The notes beneath the pieces are model-generated. The model saw only the letters and a list, made by a program, of their open reading frames with translations. It did no database searches and was not told the origin of the DNA. This document shows positions 1-8,760 of a stretch of DNA of 64,000 nucleotides, in pieces. Location: assembly GCA_041913065.1 (NCBI GenBank), contig JAYSGD010000020.1:1354-65353 (forward strand), read 5' to 3'. Origin of the DNA: Microvirga sp. GTDB taxonomy: Bacteria > Pseudomonadota > Alphaproteobacteria > Rhizobiales > Beijerinckiaceae. Position 1 is the first letter of the stretch. Each line of letters opens with the position of its first letter. The translations under genes and the position numbers were made by a program.

Positions 1-247
1 CTTCGGATTCGACGACGTTGATGCCCATCTCGGAGAGCTGGCCGAGCACGTCCTCGATCTGCTCGGAGGAGAACTCCTCCGGCGGCAGAACCTCGTTCAG
101 CTCGTCATAGGTGACGTACCCGCGCTTCTTCGCGAGCTTGATCATCCGTTTGACGGCGGCATCGCTCAGGTCCAGAAGCGGCCCATCGCTCTGCTGCTCC
201 GGAGCCGTCGTCTCGCCTTCGTCCCGTTCGGTTGCCTTCGTTGCCAT
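1..247 (-). CDS. rpoD: RNA polymerase sigma-70 factor RpoD, N-terminal part (gene continues past the left edge)
   Basis: Reverse translation from the ATG at 247 gives MATKATERDEGETTAPEQQSDGPLLDLSDAAVKRMIKLAKKRGYVTYDELNEVLPPEEFSSEQIEDVLGQLSEMGINVVESE, which is sigma-70 region 1.1. It lies directly downstream of dnaG, the conserved dnaG-rpoD order. It is absent from the ORF track because it is truncated. Confidence 0.85.
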   Translation of the reverse strand, partial: MATKATERDEGETTAPEQQSDGPLLDLSDAAVKRMIKLAKKRGYVTYDELNEVLPPEEFSSEQIEDVLGQLSEMGINVVESE

Positions 248-429
248 GCTTCGTTCTACTCCGGCGCCCTGCCGGTCCCCTTTAGCCAGGCGCCCAATGC
301 GCGACAGGGTGGCGAGACCCACAGAGAGCCTACCACCCGGAAATCAGTCCCAACCATAAAACAGCAAGTCGCTTGACTAACCGTTAACCATCTCACCCGC
401 ACCGCCTGCGCCATGCCGCGCTCTGACCA

Positions 430-2355
430 TCAGACATGGGCGCCCCCGAGGGATCCACCCTTGTCCAGATCGGCCTCGGCACCCTCGACGGAGGACAGTT
501 GGTTTTTGACCTCTCGCAGCCAGGCGAGATTGGCCTCATTGTCCTCTTCGGCGAGCGCGCGCTCGGCAGCCCGAAGCTCGCTATGTAACGTGCGTGCACG
601 ACGATGCAAGGTGATGGCCTGCCGCAATGCGTCCTCAAGCCGCAAGGAATCCGCATGCGGATCGAGCATCCAGCGGTCTCCGGGACGGACCAGGGCGATC
701 ATCCGGTCGGCCGCGTCGGTCAATCCGGCCCGTTCCAGACGGGCCTGCATCACGGTGGTATCGGCCGGCTCGCCGCTGGCCGCCCCATCCAGGAGCAGGC
801 CTCGCATCATTTGGGCCGCGCGCCCCTCAAGTTCAAGATCTGCAAGGATTTCTGCATGATTCTGAAGGAGCGCGGGATGCACCAGGAAGGTGCACAGGAT
901 CATCGCCTCGCGGGGGGATTCCACCGATCCGCCGGTGAAAAGCGGGCTCCGGGCCAGCAACGGACTTACATTCTTGCGCGAGCTCGGCGTGGTGGGCGAA
1001 GGCCCGCGAAAATCCCGTCGGCCGCGCCGCTCCTGCCGATTGAATCGATTGGCCCGGGAATCCGGATTCAGGGCCGAAATCCGGCTCTCGACCTCCTCGC
1101 GGTAGTATTTCTTGAGGGTCTCGTCGCGAATCAGTGCCAGTGATTCGCGCAGACGGCGCTCCAAGGCGGCCCGGCGCTCGGGCGTATCGAGAGGCCCCGC
1201 TTCCAGCTCCCGCGCCCAGAGCACGTCCACCAGAGGCTTGGCCGCGGAGAGAACCCTTTCGACCGCCGTGCGCCCGCCGGAACGGGCGAGATCGTCCGGG
1301 TCCTGCCCCTGGGGCAGCAGGGCAAAGCGCAGGGATTTGCCCGAGGTCAGGTTCGGCAGGGCCACGTCGAGGGCGCGATAGGCCGCGCGCTGGCCCGCCT
1401 TGTCGCCGTCGAAGCACAGGATCGGCTCCTCCGAGAGGCGCCAGAGCAGGGCAAGCTGGTCTTCCGTCAGCGCCGTGCCGAGCGGGGCGACCGCGTTGGG
1501 AAAGCCCGCGACGCTCAAGGAGATCACGTCCACATAGCCTTCCACCGCAATCACCGTGCCCCGATCATGCGCGGGCTGGCGGGCGTGGTGGTAGTTGTAG
1601 AGAAGCCGCCCCTTGTTGAAGAGCGGCGTATCCGGCGAGTTGAGGTATTTCGCCGGCGCATCCGCGCTCATGGCGCGTCCGCCGAAGGCGATGACCCGGC
1701 CCCGCACGTCGCAGATCGGGAACATCACCCGGTCGCGGAAGCGGTCGTAAGGCACCTTCACGTCCTCGCCGGAATAAAGGAGCCCCGCCTCCACCATCAT
1801 GTCGATGGAGATGCCCTTTTCGGCGAGGAAGTCACGCAGCCCGAACCGCTCCGGCGGCGCATAGCCGATGCGGAAGCGCTTCTGCGTCTCGATGCTGAGC
1901 TGGCGTCCGGCGAGGTAATCGCGCGGCTTCATGCCGAAGCGGCACTGCAGCGAGGCCTCGAAATACTGCGTCGCCAGCTCCATGGCGTCATAGAGGGTCT
2001 TGCGCTTGACCTCCTCCGCCCGGTCCTCCGGCGTCAGCTTGGGCAGAGGCACCCCGGCTTCAGCGGCCAGCCGCTCGACGGCCTCGGGGAAGGACAGCCC
2101 TTCCGTCTCCATGACGAAGGTGAAGATGTCCCCGTGCTTGCCGGAGGAGAAGCAGTGATAGAACTGCTTCTGGTCGTTCACGTAGAAGGACGGCGTCTTC
2201 TCCGCGTTGAAGGGCGAGAGCCCCTTCCATTCCCGCCCCGCCTTTTTCAGGCGCACGCGCTTGCCCACCACTGCCGAAACCGGCAGCCGCGCGCGGATCT
2301 CCTCAAGGATGTGGGGCGGGTAGCGCAATTCGAGCGGACTCCAAACCTGCTGCAT
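430..2355 (-). CDS. dnaG: DNA primase
   Basis: 641 aa ORF. The N-terminal zinc-ribbon-like region reads EKTPSFYVNDQKQFYHCFSSGKHGDIFTF. TOPRIM motifs are present (VIAVEGYVDVISL, ILCFDGDKAGQRAA). It sits upstream of rpoD. Confidence 0.9.
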   Translation of the reverse strand: MQQVWSPLELRYPPHILEEIRARLPVSAVVGKRVRLKKAGREWKGLSPFNAEKTPSFYVNDQKQFYHCFSSGKHGDIFTFVMETEGLSFPEAVERLAAEAGVPLPKLTPEDRAEEVKRKTLYDAMELATQYFEASLQCRFGMKPRDYLAGRQLSIETQKRFRIGYAPPERFGLRDFLAEKGISIDMMVEAGLLYSGEDVKVPYDRFRDRVMFPICDVRGRVIAFGGRAMSADAPAKYLNSPDTPLFNKGRLLYNYHHARQPAHDRGTVIAVEGYVDVISLSVAGFPNAVAPLGTALTEDQLALLWRLSEEPILCFDGDKAGQRAAYRALDVALPNLTSGKSLRFALLPQGQDPDDLARSGGRTAVERVLSAAKPLVDVLWARELEAGPLDTPERRAALERRLRESLALIRDETLKKYYREEVESRISALNPDSRANRFNRQERRGRRDFRGPSPTTPSSRKNVSPLLARSPLFTGGSVESPREAMILCTFLVHPALLQNHAEILADLELEGRAAQMMRGLLLDGAASGEPADTTVMQARLERAGLTDAADRMIALVRPGDRWMLDPHADSLRLEDALRQAITLHRRARTLHSELRAAERALAEEDNEANLAWLREVKNQLSSVEGAEADLDKGGSLGGAHV

Positions 2356-2531
2356 AAACTAGGGCGGCGGAGATCAGGTTAAAAACCCCAAAGCCAAGCT
2401 ATTCTTTGCCCATTATTCACAGGTCCGGCACCCGCACCGTCCTCAGTGTCCGGCTCATCGTGCGCTACCGGCTCTTTTCCCTCCCCCTCGCGTGGAGGGA
2501 AGCACGCGCTTCATCCCTTATGTGCCGATCC

Positions 2532-3116
2532 TCACGGCGCCGTCACGACGATGGCCGAGCAGGGAGCAGGCTCCTCGCACCGGTAGCTGTGCGGCGCGCC
2601 GGAATCGAAATAGATCGCGTCACCCTCATCCAGGATGAACTCGCCGCCGGCGATGCTGAGGGCGAGACGCCCCTTCAGCACGTAGACCAGTTCCGCGCCA
2701 TCATGCTGGTGCGGCTGCGGCTCTTTCTCCGAGGCGGGAAACTCCGCATAGAAGGCCTGAAGCTTGCGGTCGGTGACGGGAAAGTCGAGGCTTTCGAAGA
2801 AGTAGGACGGCACGCCCTCCCCTGGCCGGTCCGGCAGGCGCAGCCGCTCAGATTTGCGGACCACCGCGACCTTGGGCCCGTCGGAAGGCTCGGCGAAGAA
2901 GTGGTCGAGCCCTACGCCGAAGACCATGGCGATACGCATCAGGGTCGGCAGCGTCGGGATCAGCTGCCCGCGCTCGATCTTCGACAGCATGGCCGGCGAC
3001 AGGCCCGTATGCTCTCCGAGCTGGACGAGACCGAGCTTCTTCCCCTGTCGCAGCGCCCGAATCTTGGCGCCGATCCCATATTGCCCCAGCCCGTCGGCCA
3101 GCGTCTCCGACAGCAT
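2532..3116 (-). CDS. XRE-family HTH transcriptional regulator with C-terminal cupin domain
   Basis: 194 aa. The N-terminal HTH_3-like segment is IRALRQGKKLGLVQLGEHTGLSPAMLSKIERGQ. The C-terminal cupin_2-like segment is HQHDGAELVYVLKGRL...GDAIYFDSGAPHSY. Confidence 0.8.
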   Translation of the reverse strand: MLSETLADGLGQYGIGAKIRALRQGKKLGLVQLGEHTGLSPAMLSKIERGQLIPTLPTLMRIAMVFGVGLDHFFAEPSDGPKVAVVRKSERLRLPDRPGEGVPSYFFESLDFPVTDRKLQAFYAEFPASEKEPQPHQHDGAELVYVLKGRLALSIAGGEFILDEGDAIYFDSGAPHSYRCEEPAPCSAIVVTAP

Positions 3117-3311
3117 TCCACGCCTCCGTTTTCATCTGGATCAATTCACCCGATCTCTTTTTTACTGTCAATAAAACACGTGTTCATCTCACGAAAAATT
3201 GAGTGTCATGAAAATCAATTTGCTCCATATGAAATATGCAGAGGCCAGAACGATGGCTCTCCGCCGGTCGCCGCAGCGCGACCGAGTCACCTTGTGCAAG
3301 GAGCATGAACG

Positions 3312-3806
3312 ATGAAACTCGAAATCAGGAATGTAGCGCTCGCAGCCGTCGCAGCTCTCGGAATCGTCGCCGGAGGCACAAGCGCCCGCGCGGCCGATAT
3401 CGTCGATACGGCCGTCGCGGCCGGCCAGTTCAAGACCCTTGCGACCGCGCTGACCCAGGCGGGTCTCGTCTCGACTCTCAAGGGCTCCGGGCCCTTCACC
3501 GTCTTCGCCCCCACGGATGCGGCCTTCGCCAAGCTGCCCGCCGGAACGGTCGAGGACCTTCTGAAGCCGGAGAACAAGGACAAGCTCACCGCCATCCTCA
3601 CCTACCACGTCGTCCCCGGAAAGGTGATGGCGGCCGACGTCACCAAGCTTCAGCAAGCCAAGACGGTGAACGGCAAGGAGCTGAAGGTCAGCACGAAGGG
3701 CTCGGGCGTCATGATCAACGACGCCAGCGTCACGCAGACCGACATCGCGGCCTCGAACGGCGTCATCCACGTGGTCGATACCGTGATCCTGCCGCCGGCC
3801 AACTGA
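3312..3806 (+). CDS. secreted fasciclin (FAS1) domain protein
   Basis: 164 aa. Signal peptide ends ...[12 protein letters not shown]1 motifs are [24 protein letters not shown] and [13 protein letters not shown]. Confidence 0.85.
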   Translation: MKLEIRNVALAAVAALGIVAGGTSARAADIVDTAVAAGQFKTLATALTQAGLVSTLKGSGPFTVFAPTDAAFAKLPAGTVEDLLKPENKDKLTAILTYHVVPGKVMAADVTKLQQAKTVNGKELKVSTKGSGVMINDASVTQTDIAASNGVIHVVDTVILPPAN

Positions 3807-3927
3807 TCCTGCGGCCTGGAGCGCGAGCCCCGGCGCTCCAGGCCTCTTTTCCGGTGCTCCGAAGCGTGGCATTGCGCCGTGGAGCGGCTATCATGGATCC
3901 AGTCGGCCCTGCCCAGGTTGACCATCC

Positions 3928-5271
3928 ATGGACCGCATCCGCAACATCCTCGCTCTCCTGCGCGCGCAGCTCTGGATCATTCCACTGACGGTCAGCGCGC
4001 TTGCCCTCGGTCTTGCCTGGTGGGTCCTGACCGATGGCTCCCTCCTCCTCGAACGCTGGTCCTCCGGAAGCGGATTCTGGTGGCTTTACGGAGGCGATGC
4101 CGAGTCGGCACGCGGCCTCCTTTCGAGCCTGCTCTCCGGGCTAATGACGATGACCTCGCTGATCGTGTCGGTCACTTTCGTCATTCTGACCCTGTCTGCG
4201 AACCAACTCGGCCCCCGCCTGATCTCGACCTTCATGGCGGATCGCCAGATCCAGATCGTGCTGGGCCTCTTCCTTGGCACGATCCTCTACGTGCTGGTGA
4301 TCCTGCGCAGCCTGGACGAGACTTTGGGCCGCGAGGGAGTGCCTCATGTTGCCGTCACGATTGGAAGCGCGCTGACGATCATCTGCCTCTTCGCGCTGCT
4401 GTTCTACGTTCACAAGATCGCCCGGTCGATCATTGCAGATAACGTTGTCGAGCGGGTGGCCGCCGATCTGCACCGCAACATTGCCGGGATGATGAAGGAT
4501 CGGAACGAAGAAGCCGCACAGCCGGAAATACTTGAGCCCGTCGCAGGGTCCATCGCGTTGGAACGGGTCGGCTACGTGCAGGTGGTCGACTACGATCACC
4601 TCGTGGAAATCGCATGTAGATCCGAGGCGATCCTGCGGGTCGATGTGAGGGCCGGCCATTTCGTGCTGCGCAACGGCGAACACGTGGTCGTCCACGGCCG
4701 CCGTTCCTTGGACGACGATGAAGTGGATGCCGTCAAAGCGGCCTTCGTGATCGGCGTGGAGCGAAGCCCGGCACAGGACTTGGAGTACGATCTGCGCCAG
4801 CTGGTCGAGATTGCTCTGCGAGCGCTGTCTCCCGGCATCAACGATCAATACACCGCCATTGCGGTCGTCAATCAGCTCGGCGCAGCCCTCGAGGAGATCT
4901 TTCAGCGCTCGCTGCCGCCGGTTCTCCTACGGGACAATTCCGGCGATGTGCGGGTCATCGCCCAGCGCTCGGACGCGCAAGGACTGATCGATGCGGCGTT
5001 CGACTCCATCCGCCAGTCCGGAAGCAGCGTTCCGGCGATCCTGATCAGGATCGCCGATGTCCTGGGCCAGCTCGCACCCGTCCTTCGGACCGAAGCCGAG
5101 AGACAGGCCGTCATGTCCCAGCTCGGCAAGCTCGAGGAAACCGCGAGCCAGTCCCCGGTGCCTCCCTGCGACCGTACAGCCATCCTGTCCCGCATCGCGC
5201 AAGCGACGGAATTGATCCCACGGACGCGGTCTTCGCCAAGCTGCCGACTGGAACGGTCGAGGACCTTCTGA
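3928..5271 (+). CDS. DUF2254-like integral membrane protein, with a C-terminus that appears chimeric
   Basis: 447 aa with four N-terminal TM helices and a soluble C-terminal domain. The family assignment is from memory. The last ~18 codons are read out of frame from a fasciclin gene fragment. Confidence 0.65.
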   Translation: MDRIRNILALLRAQLWIIPLTVSALALGLAWWVLTDGSLLLERWSSGSGFWWLYGGDAESARGLLSSLLSGLMTMTSLIVSVTFVILTLSANQLGPRLISTFMADRQIQIVLGLFLGTILYVLVILRSLDETLGREGVPHVAVTIGSALTIICLFALLFYVHKIARSIIADNVVERVAADLHRNIAGMMKDRNEEAAQPEILEPVAGSIALERVGYVQVVDYDHLVEIACRSEAILRVDVRAGHFVLRNGEHVVVHGRRSLDDDEVDAVKAAFVIGVERSPAQDLEYDLRQLVEIALRALSPGINDQYTAIAVVNQLGAALEEIFQRSLPPVLLRDNSGDVRVIAQRSDAQGLIDAAFDSIRQSGSSVPAILIRIADVLGQLAPVLRTEAERQAVMSQLGKLEETASQSPVPPCDRTAILSRIAQATELIPRTRSSPSCRLERSRTF

Positions 5272-5345
5272 AGCCGGAGAACAAGGCCAAGCTCACCACC
5301 ATCCTGACCTACCATGTCGTCCCTGGACGTGTGATGGCGGCCAAC
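5217..5345 (+). pseudogene. internal fragment of a fasciclin-domain gene (paralog of 3312..3806)
   Basis: About 129 nt, roughly 90% identical by eye to 3509..3638. In its own frame it reads [43 protein letters not shown]. It has no start and no FAS1 C-terminal part. Confidence 0.8.
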
Positions 5346-5368
5346 CTTCTCCCCGTTTCAAAGCGCCT

Positions 5369-5800
5369 TCATCGTTCTACGCTGCGGCTGTTCGTCATGA
5401 CCTTTCGCAGGACTTCGAAAATCACCGCGGTTGACCACCCGAACAACAGGACGCCGTTCATCGCCGTCATTGGCCCAAGCAATTGCCAGCGCTCCGTCGG
5501 CGTCACGTCGCCGTAGCCGAGCGTCGTGTAGTTCACGAAGGAGAAGTAAATCAGGTCAGCATCTTCAGGTGCGGCGTCGAAGAATGCGTAGGCCATCGAC
5601 CAAACGAGCACCTCCGCCAGATGCGCGGCCATCAGGAACGATACCGTCGCGATCATAACGACGATCAACTGAACCGATTGACGTGACGTCGTGATCTCAA
5701 CGGCAGTCCGCGCCGCCCACATGACAGCCGCCATCAAGAGTGCATGGATGGCAATGTTGCAGAGGCTGACGGCGGCACCCACGAGAATTTGGCGCAACAT
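5369..5800 (-). CDS. two-TM potassium channel (Ion_trans_2 type)
   Basis: K+ selectivity filter [10 protein letters not shown] lies between two TM helices. I start it at the internal ATG ([11 protein letters not shown]...) because the longer ORF overlaps the upstream antiporter gene. Confidence 0.75.
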   Translation of the reverse strand: MLRQILVGAAVSLCNIAIHALLMAAVMWAARTAVEITTSRQSVQLIVVMIATVSFLMAAHLAEVLVWSMAYAFFDAAPEDADLIYFSFVNYTTLGYGDVTPTERWQLLGPMTAMNGVLLFGWSTAVIFEVLRKVMTNSRSVER

Positions 5801-5823
5801 GCAGACCACTCCGGTAGGGCCGA

Positions 5824-6918
5824 TCACTGAACCTGGGGCGGCAACAGATACAGCGTCATCGCGAAAATCACGTACACCAGCAGAACCAGCACTCCGACGA
5901 ACCATGCCGAGCGTCCGCTATTTGTCACCAGGGACACAGTCATGCTGGCAATGAGCATCATGATCACCGCGCCCGGCCAGAACTGCAGGTTCATCGGCGC
6001 CGGGCCGATGACGTAGCTGAGAAGCACCAGCACCGGGGCGACGAAGAGCGCGATCTGGGCCGAGCTTCCCAGTGCGATGCCCACGCTCAGGTCCAGGCGG
6101 TCCTTGCGCGCGCCGGAGAAGGCCGAGGCCATCTCCGCCGCAGCGCCCACCAGCGCCACGACGACAAAACCCACGAATGCGGGAGTCATCCCGAATGCTA
6201 CAGCCGCTTGCTGCACGGATTCGATGAAAACCTCGCTCACCAGCGCGACCAGGATGGTGACGCCGGCCAGCGTGGTCAGGGCCAAGCCCATCGGCCACGG
6301 CGTCTCGCCGATTTCGGCATGATCGGCACTCCCGAAAAATTCGCGATGCGTCTTGAGGGTGAACAGCAGGCCCAATCCATAGGCCACGATGAGCAGCGCG
6401 GACAGGCTCACGCTCAACTTGTCGGTAAACCCTGACCCCGCCGCGGAATCGGCTTCAGAGACAGCCGACGGAATCAATAACGCAATCGTGGCCAGGAAGA
6501 GCAGGCCCGCTTGTAGACGGGCGTTGCCCCGGTTGTATTCCTGCACATGATGCTTGAGCCCGCCGAGGAAAAACGACGCGCCCAACATGAATAACGAGTT
6601 GGTGACGATCGCCCCGGCGATGGATGCCTTCACGAGCGCATATTGCCCGGCGCGCAGCGCAGCCAGCGCGATGATCAGCTCCGTCAGGTTTCCGAGCGTG
6701 GCGTTGAGCAGCCCCCCGACCGCGTCGCCTGTCTTGGAAGCGACGGATTCGGTGGCGTGGCTCAACAGCACGGCCAGCGGCACGATGGCCAGAACGGACA
6801 GCACGAAGAGCAGCGTGTGTGCTTCAGGCGCGATCACGTGGGCGGCGAGGACCGCAGGCACAAAGACCAGGAGCCAGAGAGCGGGATTGCGACGGATCTC
6901 TCCAAGCAAAGGTTTCAT
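5824..6918 (-). CDS. Ca2+/H+ antiporter (CaCA family, ChaA/Cax-like)
   Basis: 364 aa with about 10-11 TM helices. Two alpha-repeat motifs are present (GNLTELIIALAALRAG and GAAAEMASAFSGARK). Confidence 0.85.
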   Translation of the reverse strand: MKPLLGEIRRNPALWLLVFVPAVLAAHVIAPEAHTLLFVLSVLAIVPLAVLLSHATESVASKTGDAVGGLLNATLGNLTELIIALAALRAGQYALVKASIAGAIVTNSLFMLGASFFLGGLKHHVQEYNRGNARLQAGLLFLATIALLIPSAVSEADSAAGSGFTDKLSVSLSALLIVAYGLGLLFTLKTHREFFGSADHAEIGETPWPMGLALTTLAGVTILVALVSEVFIESVQQAAVAFGMTPAFVGFVVVALVGAAAEMASAFSGARKDRLDLSVGIALGSSAQIALFVAPVLVLLSYVIGPAPMNLQFWPGAVIMMLIASMTVSLVTNSGRSAWFVGVLVLLVYVIFAMTLYLLPPQVQ

Positions 6919-7093
6919 AGGTCCAGCCCGGCCGCCTTGAGTTGCGCTTAATCTCTCTCAAGCACCACCTCACCAATGCATGAGAAGAGCATCGTAGCAT
7001 CGTAGCATCACCGCCATGGTTCGCGGAATTTCTCTTTAGGGAGTGCAACGCCACCGAATGATCCGCCATGGGTCGATGCAGAATTGCGCACCT

Positions 7094-7141
7094 AGAGCAT
7101 TTTTTTCGGTGAAGTGGATCCGGTTCACCGTCAAAAAATGC
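7094..7141. repeat. hairpin repeat with GTGGATCCGG loop (REP-like; same family as 29126..29155 and 59487..59510)
   Basis: Arms TTTTTTCGGTGAA / TTCACCGtcAAAAAA flank the loop gtggatccgg. The other two copies carry the reverse-complement loop CCGG(G/A)TCCAC. Confidence 0.6.
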
Positions 7142-7218
7142 GGCCCAGCAAAGAAGGGAGCTGATTCCATGCAAATGGAAACAGCTCTAAGCCAAAGGCG
7201 ATCAACGGAGAGAGCTAT

Positions 7219-7261
7219 GTTCCTATTTTGTTCTTGACTCTTGTCCTAATCTTGGCTATAA
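7219..7261 (+). promoter_or_regulatory. LexA (SOS) box fused to a sigma-70 promoter, copy 1
   Basis: GTTCCTATTTTGTTC at 7219-7233 is a perfect alphaproteobacterial GTTC-N7-GTTC direct repeat. It abuts CTTGAC (7233-7238), followed by N17 and CTATAA (7256-7261). Confidence 0.7.
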
Positions 7262-7268
7262 CATTCGC

Positions 7269-7603
7269 AGCCTGATCCATCGAGGGGCGCTTTCGCGAGG
7301 CGTCGTGACTGTGGGACCAGGCACGGTCCCGTGAGCCAGCTAACGCAGGCTGGTTCGACGGGAGGCCCCGGCGAGAGGCTGGGCTCCGCTCTGGTCCAAG
7401 GCCGCCCGTATCAAGACGGTGTCCGCCTTGGGCAGAGCTGGGGCCATGTCGCGCCGGTCCGCCTAAAAAAGCCGTGCGCGAAGTGCAGCTCTGCTCTTCA
7501 AACACAAACATCATCGAGCCGGGCTGCCCATCGCGCCACCCTCGATTGCCTTCAAGGCTCCCGGCTGTCTTCAGCCCGGAGCCCGCAGGCGCATGCCGTT
7601 TTT
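7269..7603 (+). ncRNA. candidate LexA-controlled structured RNA or long structured leader, copy 1 (family not recognised)
   Basis: It starts about 7 nt after the -10 element. It is homologous to 53953..~54285, with 124 nt identical (7357-7480). Several strong helices are present and one hairpin is compensated between the copies. There is no conserved ORF. A hairpin at 7556-7583 is followed by a T5 tract at 7599-7603. The ends are estimates. Confidence 0.5.
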
Positions 7604-7643
7604 CCAAGCCATTTGTTTCAACATCGATTGCCGAGGCTGTTCC

Positions 7644-7910
7644 ATGACCAGGAGCCGTACCGAAATTGCTCTTTCCCGCATGCCCGACCCCGACGATGCC
7701 CTCCGGCGTCTGGCCGACGTGCTGCGGATGCCGGCCGAGTGCCGCAAGCGCAGCTGCCGCACCGATGGCCGCTGCCAGGGCGGCTATGGGCCACCATGCT
7801 TCTTCCACCGGCGCGAGTTCTTCTCCGATGCATTGCGGGATCGCATGCCCGAGTACCGGGACATGTGGGACGAGCACCGCACCACCGTGCGGCAGATGAT
7901 GCGGGGATGA
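7644..7910 (+). CDS. small Cys-rich hypothetical protein (88 aa)
   Basis: GAGG lies 7 nt upstream of the ATG. Third-position GC is strongly elevated. The sequence contains CRKRSCRTDGRCQGGYGPPC. I recognise no family. Confidence 0.6.
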   Translation: MTRSRTEIALSRMPDPDDALRRLADVLRMPAECRKRSCRTDGRCQGGYGPPCFFHRREFFSDALRDRMPEYRDMWDEHRTTVRQMMRG

Positions 7911-7941
7911 GGGGAAGGCGCAGTATGGCTGCCTCGCCGTC

Positions 7942-8130
7942 ATGGCCGGCCTTGTGCCGGCCATCCCGATCGGAAGAGTGCGACGCTTCAAGGCCGGTGA
8001 TCCCGATGCCTTGAAGCGTCGCAAGCTCAGTGATCGTCCTGGACGAAGCGCAGCGAGGATCCGGGATCGCCGGCAGGATCAAGCCCCGCTCATGTTGGAC
8101 GATCCCGGGTTCCGCTATGCGGCCCCGGGA
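7942..8130. repeat. cluster of GC-rich palindromic intergenic repeats
   Basis: A 9-bp-stem hairpin ATGGCCGGC/GCCGGCCAT lies at 7942-7964. A perfect 15-bp inverted repeat GCGACGCTTCAAGGC/GCCTTGAAGCGTCGC lies at 7980-7994 and 8008-8022. The GATCCGGGATCGC motif is also seen at about 51410. Confidence 0.6.
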
Positions 8131-8164
8131 TGACGCGTTGGGCGCTGGCGAGGTGAAGTCCCCC

Positions 8165-8623
8165 TCAGCCCTTGGGCAGCATGTCCTTCACGAGGCCGCT
8201 GGCCTTGGCGAAGTCCATCTGGCCGACATACTTGGCGCGAAGCGCGGCCACGACCTTGCCCATGTCCTTCATGGAGGCTGCACCCGTCTCGGCGATGGCG
8301 GCTTCGATCGCGGCCTTGGTCTGGGCCTCGTCCATCTGCTGCGGAAGGTAGGAGGAGATGACGGCGACCTCGTTCTTCTCCTGGTCGGCGAGCTCCTGGC
8401 GTCCGCCCTGCTCGTACATGGTGATCGATTCCTGGCGCTGCTTCACCATTTTCTGGAGGAGAGCGAGGATTTCCTCGTCGGAGAGCGGCTCCTTGCCGTT
8501 GCCCCGGGCCTCGATGTCCTTGTCCTTGAGGGCGGCCTGGATCAGGCGGATCGCGCCAAGCCTGCCCTTATCGCCGGCCTTCATGGCCTCTTTCATCTCA
8601 GCGGTGAATCGTTCGCGCAGCAT
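8165..8623 (-). CDS. GatB/YqeY domain protein
   Basis: 152 aa. The sequence MLRERFTAEMKEAMKAGDKGRLGAIRLIQAALKDKDIE... is the typical YqeY family pattern. Confidence 0.9.
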   Translation of the reverse strand: MLRERFTAEMKEAMKAGDKGRLGAIRLIQAALKDKDIEARGNGKEPLSDEEILALLQKMVKQRQESITMYEQGGRQELADQEKNEVAVISSYLPQQMDEAQTKAAIEAAIAETGAASMKDMGKVVAALRAKYVGQMDFAKASGLVKDMLPKG

Positions 8624-8760
8624 GAGGATCTCCTTTAAATTAAGGTGCTTGAAACGTTGACGGGACGCGAGCGGCCCCTTAAGTCACGAGGACAGTTCAA
8701 GGGCGGCCCTTCACGGGCCTGTTCAAGCACGGCCTGTTGGCCTCCGGACTTAAAGAGATC

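Noticed and set aside
6993-7022. Short tandem repeat (GCATCGTA, about 2.5 copies) upstream of the antiporter gene. A GGGAGT string nearby faintly recalls a Mn riboswitch.
   Set aside because: It is too short and has too few copies to mean anything. The riboswitch-like string is on the wrong strand for the antiporter and lacks the rest of the consensus.
7593-7643. An upstream ATG that would extend the Cys-rich ORF to 105 aa.
   Set aside because: There is no Shine-Dalgarno. Third-position GC is markedly lower in these 17 codons. The T5 tract of the putative attenuator lies inside them. The ATG at 7644 has a GAGG at the correct spacing.
7215-8024. Long ORFs spanning the SOS-box repeat on both strands: 7215..8024 (-), 7331..8014 (+), 53872..54339 (-) and 53946..54194 (+).
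   Set aside because: The start codons are not at equivalent positions in the two copies. An in-frame TAA closes the plus-strand frame at 7259-7261. The translations are Arg/Gly/Pro-rich. The one variable segment changes by compensatory base-pairing rather than by codon-like substitutions.
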